Positions 58,262 through 64,000 of a stretch of DNA of 64,000 nt are shown here, piece by piece. The position numbers were made by a program, and so were the translations under genes. The DNA comes from Candidatus Iainarchaeum sp. (lineage in GTDB: Archaea > B1Sed10-29 > WALL01): contig JAGGYF010000028.1 in the NCBI GenBank assembly GCA_021162685.1, forward strand, positions 1 to 64,000, in the 5' to 3' direction. Within the stretch, counting starts at the first letter, position 1; each line of letters opens with the position of its first letter. The notes beneath the pieces were generated by a model. The model made no database searches and was not told the DNA's origin. It saw only the letters and a program-made list of their open reading frames with translations.

Positions 58262-58619
58262 GGTGATCATAGATGCAAACTTTGCAATGGTTCCAGTGCA
58301 ATTCAGGGTGGACATATACAACGAATTAAAAAGAATTATAGATAGGAGATTTGAATTAATCACGTTCACACCAATCATAGAGGAGATAAAAGGAATAAAA
58401 GGGGGGAAACTCGCGATTGAGATCATGAAAAAGAATGGCGTAAAGATAATAGAAACAAAAGAGAAAACAGGGGACAAAGCAATAATGGACCACATAAAAG
58501 CCAGAGAAACGATTGTGTGTACAAATGATAAAGAACTGGAGAAGAAACTGAGGGAAAAAGGTGTGACTGTAATATATTTGAGAGGTAAAAAAAAGATTGA
58601 GGCAAAAGGAGAGGTATAG
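58245..58619 (+). CDS. PIN domain protein (Fcf1/Utp24-like)
   Basis: VIIDANF, D..I, TNDKEL; conserved position after eif2g. Confidence 0.88.
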   Translation: MARSYKVIIDANFAMVPVQFRVDIYNELKRIIDRRFELITFTPIIEEIKGIKGGKLAIEIMKKNGVKIIETKEKTGDKAIMDHIKARETIVCTNDKELEKKLREKGVTVIYLRGKKKIEAKGEV

Positions 58620-58631
58620 GAGGATGAGAGT

Positions 58632-59216
58632 ATGTATAAATTGCTGTCCATAAAAGATACAGTTAGAGTACCACCAAAAGAGTTTGGTACTGACATAAAA
58701 AAATCCATCATAAAGGTGTTGAGAGAAAAATATGAGAGCAGGATAGACCCAGAGCTTGGTGTAATCCTATCCATATCCAATATAAGAGATATCAGCAAGG
58801 GGAGGATTATCCCAGGTGACGGAGCAAGCTATCATGACCTTGTATTTGATGTGCTCATCTTCTCTCCAAAATTACATGAAACAGTTATGGGAAGAGTGTC
58901 AGAAATCGCACAATTCGGAGCATTTGTACGAATTGGTCCAATAGATGGGCTTGTGCATATATCCCAGGTAACAGATGATTTTATATCATATAATGAAAAG
59001 ACTGGGGTTTTATCAGGAAAGGAATCTGGAAAGGTGTTGAAGGTGGGAGACATCGTAAGGGCAAAGGTTGTTACATTGAGCTTAAAATCTTCCATCACAG
59101 ATAGCAAGATAGGATTAACCATGAGGCAACCTGGACTTGGAAAACTTGAATGGATAGAGCAGAAGAAAAAGGAAGAGAAGAAGAAGGCGAAGAAAGGGAA
59201 AAAAGGTGGTGAGTAA
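58632..59216 (+). CDS. rpoE1: RNA polymerase subunit E' (Rpo7)
   Basis: D.VRVPP..FG, IIPGDG, FGAFV.IGP.DGL.H.SQ, KIGLTMRQPGLGK..WI. Confidence 0.97.
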   Translation: MYKLLSIKDTVRVPPKEFGTDIKKSIIKVLREKYESRIDPELGVILSISNIRDISKGRIIPGDGASYHDLVFDVLIFSPKLHETVMGRVSEIAQFGAFVRIGPIDGLVHISQVTDDFISYNEKTGVLSGKESGKVLKVGDIVRAKVVTLSLKSSITDSKIGLTMRQPGLGKLEWIEQKKKEEKKKAKKGKKGGE

Positions 59217-59411
59217 ATGCCATCAGAAAAAGCATGTAAACACTGTAAACTTATAGTACAGAAGGGGGACAAATGCCCACTTTGTGGAAGCACAGAATTA
59301 ACAACGAGTTGGAAAGGGTATGTCATCATATTCAACCCAGAGGTCTCAGAGATTGCAAAGAAGATGGGGATAAACGCCCCAGGAAAATATGCACTGAGGA
59401 TTGGTAAATAA
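59217..59411 (+). CDS. spt4: transcription elongation factor Spt4 (RpoE'')
   Basis: KACK.C....CP.CGS...W.G.VII..PE.SEIA...PGKYAL. Confidence 0.96.
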   Translation: MPSEKACKHCKLIVQKGDKCPLCGSTELTTSWKGYVIIFNPEVSEIAKKMGINAPGKYALRIGK

Positions 59412-59899
59412 TGTATACTATAACTGAAGATTTGAAAAAAGAGTTGAAAAAGCCACTTGGTGATCTTACTAATGATTTCCCTACTGGTAAGGAGATAATA
59501 ACAGTTGGAGATGTGTGCTCAAGGGATGCATTACTAAAGGGCATAGAACCAAAGCTTCTTGTGTACGATAATATGATTGAGAGGAAGCCATCTGACGACG
59601 AGACAAAAAGGATAATTGAAAATTGGAATGTTATAACACTTAAAGTAAAAAACGATGCTGGCACAATTAGCGAACAATCAATTAAATCAATAGAGCTAGC
59701 ATTGACTAGTGATGGGAAGTATAAGGTAGAGGTTGAGGGAGAAGAAGACCTATTGACATTGATATGTGTACTCTATGCAGAGGTGGGAACTGCTGTATGT
59801 TATGGCCAACCAGGGGAAGGTATTGTTGTAGTTGATGTTAATAAATCATCAAAGGATATGGTTAAAGATATTCTTTCAAGAATGGAGGTTAGAAAATGA
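59411..59899 (+). CDS. GTP-dependent dephospho-CoA kinase (DUF359)
   Basis: LKKPLG, TVGD, N.AGTI, V.GEEDLL.L, YGQP.EG. Confidence 0.9.
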   Translation: MYTITEDLKKELKKPLGDLTNDFPTGKEIITVGDVCSRDALLKGIEPKLLVYDNMIERKPSDDETKRIIENWNVITLKVKNDAGTISEQSIKSIELALTSDGKYKVEVEGEEDLLTLICVLYAEVGTAVCYGQPGEGIVVVDVNKSSKDMVKDILSRMEVRK

Positions 59900-60240
59900 A
59901 CATAGAAATAAAAAACGAGCGAGTAAATAGGCTCTTGAACAGAACAGAGATTGAGTGTATTGCTGAGGGATATAATGTAACACCTTCAAGAGAGGAGATA
60001 GTAAAACAGATTGCAGCTAAGAAGGGAGTAAGCGAAAATCAGGTCCTAGTGGACAAGATAGAACAGGAATATGGAACAAATAGGGCAAGGGTATACGTAA
60101 AAGTGTACGAATCAGAAAAAGCGCTTCAAACAACAGAACCAAAATACAAGATTGAAAGGCACAAAAAGAAAAAGGAGGAGAAGGAGGAAGCACCAAAGGA
60201 AAGTAGTGAAGAGACAAAAGAGGAGAAGAAGGAGGAGTAA
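59896..60240 (+). CDS. rps24e: ribosomal protein eS24
   Basis: N.LLNR.E, TPSR.EI, YVKVYES. Confidence 0.95.
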   Translation: MNIEIKNERVNRLLNRTEIECIAEGYNVTPSREEIVKQIAAKKGVSENQVLVDKIEQEYGTNRARVYVKVYESEKALQTTEPKYKIERHKKKKEEKEEAPKESSEETKEEKKEE

Positions 60241-60242
60241 CT

Positions 60243-60437
60243 ATGGCAGAGAAGAAGGGTAAAAGAAAAAAGAGGCAGAGAAGAAGGGTAAAGAAGAGCA
60301 GCTTTTATGAGGTAAAGGAAGGCAAGATAGTAAAAAAGAGGCAGGAATGCCCTAAATGTGGTGCTGGCGTTTTTATGGCCGAGCATAAAGATAGGTATAC
60401 GTGTGGAAGGTGTGGTTATACAAAGTGGAAAAAATGA
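60243..60437 (+). CDS. rps27ae: ribosomal protein eS31 (S27ae)
   Basis: CPKCG.GVFMAEH.DR..CGRCGYT. Confidence 0.97.
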   Translation: MAEKKGKRKKRQRRRVKKSSFYEVKEGKIVKKRQECPKCGAGVFMAEHKDRYTCGRCGYTKWKK

Positions 60438-61396
60438 TCTGTTTAGGTATAGAAAGCACTGCGCACACATTTGGAGTAGGAATAACAGATGGGAGAAAAT
60501 GTCTAGCAAATAGAAAGCTTATGTACAGGGCAAAAGGGGGCATACATCCGAGAGAAGCAGCGCAGTATATGACTGACAACGCACACCTTGTTCTAAAAGA
60601 GGCAATAGAAGAAGCAGACATATCTATGGATGACATAGGATTATTTGCATTTGCACAGGGACCTGGACTTGGACCATGTTTAAGGGTTGGTGCTGCAATT
60701 GCGCGGGTTCTATCACTCAGATACAAAAAACCCATTGTTGGAGTAAATCATTGTATTGCACATGTTGAAGTTGGTAAGTGGGATGGTAAACTAAAGGACC
60801 CTTTGGTTGTGTATGTATCAGGCGCAAATACCCAGATCCTTGGATTAGCAAAGAAGAGGTACAGAATATATGGGGAGACACTGGACATTGGTCTTGGGAA
60901 TGCCATAGACGTGTTCGCTAGGGAGTTCGGGGTGCCAATGCCAGGAGGCCCATGGTTAGAGAAAACAGCAAAAAAAGGAAAGAGATACATAGAACTGCCA
61001 TATACTGTTAAGGGGATGGACCTCGCCTTTTCTGGGTTACTTACTGCAGCAAAAAAGCTCGCTAGGAAGAAGAATAGGTATGACCTATGCTATTCATTCC
61101 AGGAAACACTTTTTGGTATGCTTGTTGAAGTGTCTGAAAGGGCATTAGCACACACAAAAAAAAGAGAGGTGCTTTTGGTTGGGGGAGTTGCACAGAACAA
61201 ACGCCTGAACAATATGTTTAATGAGATGTGCAGATTCCACAATGCAAAGTTTTTTGTTTCAAAACCGGAATATAACGCAGACAATGGGTTTATGATTGCA
61301 CTTACAGGATTAAAAATGTTCAAAGCAGGCGTCAGACAAAAAGACTTACATATAAACCAGAAGTGGAGAACTGATGAAGTAGAAGTTATTTGGTAA
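60434..61396 (+). CDS. kae1: KEOPS t6A synthase Kae1
   Basis: [41 protein letters not shown]. Confidence 0.97.
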   Translation: MICLGIESTAHTFGVGITDGRKCLANRKLMYRAKGGIHPREAAQYMTDNAHLVLKEAIEEADISMDDIGLFAFAQGPGLGPCLRVGAAIARVLSLRYKKPIVGVNHCIAHVEVGKWDGKLKDPLVVYVSGANTQILGLAKKRYRIYGETLDIGLGNAIDVFAREFGVPMPGGPWLEKTAKKGKRYIELPYTVKGMDLAFSGLLTAAKKLARKKNRYDLCYSFQETLFGMLVEVSERALAHTKKREVLLVGGVAQNKRLNNMFNEMCRFHNAKFFVSKPEYNADNGFMIALTGLKMFKAGVRQKDLHINQKWRTDEVEVIW

Positions 61397-62492
61397 GAAC
61401 TATCATACTCTCTCTTGTAATACCTATCTTTTTTGTTCGTTGTTTAGTGCACCACCTTTTGTTCAAAACAATTATTCTATCAACTGCAAACCCTACGCTC
61501 TCAGCAATCTCTGATAGGATTATATCACTCTCAACAACACCATCTGGGAAGCAACCATTTCCAACAACAATTGCTACCTTCGCCCCTTGCTTACAGACCC
61601 TATAAAGCTCATGTATAACCATATCCATGTCCTTGAAATATGCTCTTGCTATTGGAGGAAGGTCCTTATTCACAAGAAAATCCGCAGTAGTATCCAATCC
61701 TATTGCGCTTCTTATGGCTGTTGTTTTCATATGTTTGAAGAAAAGCTCGGTTTCTATTGAGTAAACCCTTGTATACTCAATCTTATTTAGATAAGGAGGA
61801 GATGTTATGACAGCATCTACACTCTCATCTTCCATATCTAACATACGTGCATCTCCAATCCTCGCCTCTGCTTTTGCTTCTGTTGTTTCAAATGTCTTCA
61901 CATCATGTAGCATCTTCATGAGCGTCCTCCGCAGCATCTTCCTAAGTGGAGGAACGGGTTTTTTCTTTATCCTCAGGACAGAACCGTCCTTTATCACATA
62001 TGAGCACTTCATCGCAGCATTCATCAATCCTAACAACAAGAAATCCCTTATCTTCTCGTCTTCAAATCTCATTATTGCATCCCTGAACACAAAGATATCA
62101 TCAAGCACATATTTTGAAAATGCTTTTTTTACAAACGATGAAACATCACACTCCTTCTTAACAAATTTTATTTTCATCAACCTCTTTATTGCCTGAAATA
62201 GTTCATCTGGATCATATTCCCTTAATTTGACATTTGAAACAAAAACTGCTATTGGTGACACATCAAAACCTAAGGAATCTATGCCTCTTTGTTTACATGC
62301 AACTAGTGTTGTACCAACGCCACAAAAAGGATCCAAAACCAAACCATTAGCACCAAACATATCAAGAACATTGAAAACTAATTGCTTTGAGAAACCCTCT
62401 TTATAGTAAAACCAGTCATATACAGGTTCATGTTTATTAGGAATGAATGTAGCAAATGGGCCCCATTCCAATTTCTCAACAATCTTATACAT
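61386..62492 (-). CDS. orphan amino-DNA methyltransferase (SPPY, likely m4C)
   Basis: W..YKEGFS, LDPFCGVGTT (motif I) before ITSPPY (motif IV); no adjacent endonuclease seen. Confidence 0.9.
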   Translation of the reverse strand: MYKIVEKLEWGPFATFIPNKHEPVYDWFYYKEGFSKQLVFNVLDMFGANGLVLDPFCGVGTTLVACKQRGIDSLGFDVSPIAVFVSNVKLREYDPDELFQAIKRLMKIKFVKKECDVSSFVKKAFSKYVLDDIFVFRDAIMRFEDEKIRDFLLLGLMNAAMKCSYVIKDGSVLRIKKKPVPPLRKMLRRTLMKMLHDVKTFETTEAKAEARIGDARMLDMEDESVDAVITSPPYLNKIEYTRVYSIETELFFKHMKTTAIRSAIGLDTTADFLVNKDLPPIARAYFKDMDMVIHELYRVCKQGAKVAIVVGNGCFPDGVVESDIILSEIAESVGFAVDRIIVLNKRWCTKQRTKKIGITRESMIVLTK

Positions 62493-62672
62493 ATGTATGA
62501 ATTAGAATGTGTACTTTTATATGGTTTTGCATGATAATTCAAATCTTTGTGGAGTTGCCAGCTCAGAGGTAAAAACAAAAGACTAAAAACTAGTTTTCCT
62601 AGTTCTTGAGATATTCTTACTAGTTTATTTTTATTTTTTGTATAAAATGCTGTTTATCACCACATTCCCTTT

Positions 62673-62858
62673 CTAATCGCTTTCATGTTCATAACAATAG
62701 GGACATACTTCATATCCACCAAAAATCCCAAGAAATGCGCCTTTCTTCCTCACACAGAATGGGCATAATATTCTTCCACACACCGCGCATCTGTGTGTGA
62801 CCAACCTGCCTATAATCTCTCTTCCACAATATCCACAGAAGATATGCTTAGGGCTCAT
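62673..62858 (-). CDS. small Cys-rich zinc-finger protein
   Basis: Four CxxC pairs in 61 aa. Confidence 0.65.
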   Translation of the reverse strand: MSPKHIFCGYCGREIIGRLVTHRCAVCGRILCPFCVRKKGAFLGIFGGYEVCPYCYEHESD

Positions 62859-62891
62859 ATTTTTTAATTATGTTATGTTAAATATAAAAAG

Positions 62892-63596
62892 GTGGTATAT
62901 TTGACCGAACTTCTTTATATGAAAGATTGCTACATCAAAGAATTTGATGCAAATGTTATAGAGAATGGTAGAGATTACGTTGTATTGGACAGGACTGCAT
63001 TCTATCCAGAAGGGGGAGGACAAGAATCTGATACAGGCACACTAGATGATATTAGGGTAATTAAAGTAAAAAAGGATGGTGGAAAGATAAAACATTTTGT
63101 TGAGGCACCCATTGAGAATAGTGTGGTACATGGTGTCATTGATTGGGATAGAAGATATAAGCATATGAGGATGCATACTGCACAACATTTAGTATCTGCA
63201 ATTGTTCTTGATAGATATGGTGCTGAAACAAAAGGCAATCAGATACATGCTGATTATTCACGTATTGATTTTTCGCTTGATAAGATAACGCAGGAGATGG
63301 TGGATGAGATAACAAGATTGTTCAACGACTATGTTGATAAATCAATTCCAGTGAAGATATATTTTACAAATAGGGAGGAAGTTATCAAAACCATTGATGA
63401 AAGGAGAAGGAACCTATTCAATCGCGTTCCCTCATTTGTGAAGGAGATAAGGGTTGTTGAGATTGTTGGAGTGGATAAATGTCCATGTGCTGGTACACAT
63501 GTGTCCAACACAAACGAGATAGGGCACATAAAGATAAAGGACGTGGTAAGTAAGGGCAAGGGTATTACAAGAATTGTGTACGAGTTGGTAAAATGA
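62892..63596 (+). CDS. alaX: AlaX alanyl-tRNA editing protein (AlaX-M)
   Basis: LDRTAFYP.GGGQ..D.G, RMHTAQH, C.GTHV. Confidence 0.95.
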   Translation: MVYLTELLYMKDCYIKEFDANVIENGRDYVVLDRTAFYPEGGGQESDTGTLDDIRVIKVKKDGGKIKHFVEAPIENSVVHGVIDWDRRYKHMRMHTAQHLVSAIVLDRYGAETKGNQIHADYSRIDFSLDKITQEMVDEITRLFNDYVDKSIPVKIYFTNREEVIKTIDERRRNLFNRVPSFVKEIRVVEIVGVDKCPCAGTHVSNTNEIGHIKIKDVVSKGKGITRIVYELVK

Positions 63597-63826
63597 GTGG
63601 GGCTGGTGAAGGAAAATATGAACTTAAAAACGCAAAAGTGTACATACACGAAAGAGGTAAATCAAATGCGAAGATTACGCATATAGATGTAGAACACCCT
63701 TTACTCAATGAGATAATAAAACCAGGAGAAAGCACATATGTTGGGGCGAAGGAGGGCGGTGTTTTCATAGGGCTGAAAAAAGAGATGATAAAAAGAGCAG
63801 AAAGGTTATTGGAGAGGTTGAGATGA
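63593..63826 (+). CDS. small hypothetical protein
   Basis: ATGA overlaps on both sides (alaX and bud32). Confidence 0.7.
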   Translation: MSGAGEGKYELKNAKVYIHERGKSNAKITHIDVEHPLLNEIIKPGESTYVGAKEGGVFIGLKKEMIKRAERLLERLR

Positions 63827-64000
63827 AACTCATACAAAGGGGGGCAGAAGCATTATTATATAAAGACAAATACCTAGGCATAGATGTGATAAGAAAGATA
63901 CGAACAGAGAAGCCGTACAAGGATAAAACACTTGATGAACGATTGAGAGCATTTAGGACAAGAAACGAGGCAAGATTATTAAACAGAGCAAGATGTGCAG
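63823..64000 (+). CDS. bud32: KEOPS kinase Bud32 (partial, runs off window end)
   Basis: MKLIQRGAEA.LY...K.R..K.Y....LDERLR..RTRNEARLL. Confidence 0.92.
   Translation, partial: MKLIQRGAEALLYKDKYLGIDVIRKIRTEKPYKDKTLDERLRAFRTRNEARLLNRARCA

Noticed and set aside
1-64000. Stop-codon reassignment or Sec/Pyl readthrough
   Set aside because: Conserved genes end at expected positions with TAA, TAG and TGA. The interrupted genes are explained by deletion or frameshift.

Overview
Core-genome window of an archaeon with Shine-Dalgarno-led operons and TTTATAAA promoters; almost all genes are on the + strand. A DPANN-like lineage is inferred from short r-proteins and the GluRS motif variant, but is not proven. 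The window holds an archease-rtcB operon, the S10/spc ribosomal superoperon through cbf5 and tRNA-Ser, and then about 17 kb of accessory genes (toxin-antitoxin cassettes, a large surface protein, a DUF134/NifX/CDF/MinD-ferredoxin operon, UDG, class III RNR). After that come the S13-rpoD-L18e-S2 block, an Aeropyrum-type mevalonate cluster, gltX, and the L7Ae-aIF5B-aIF2gamma-rpoE-kae1 block. The most unusual signal is a small non-coding structured repeat, GmCCA-AATTACATA-TGGkC-GTTCG followed by a second hairpin, whose stems show compensatory changes. I found it only beside two tRNA genes, each time bracketed by a duplicated piece of that tRNA. Related observations are tandem TA cassettes bounded by tRNA-Ser 3'-end repeats and a 33-nt D-loop intron in tRNA-Leu. 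Other points: an IPK fused to a degenerate HAD domain, a probable CTG start codon, several candidate r-protein leaders (including an L7Ae K-turn), and adk sitting where ndk normally lies. All calls are by eye; no database search was run.
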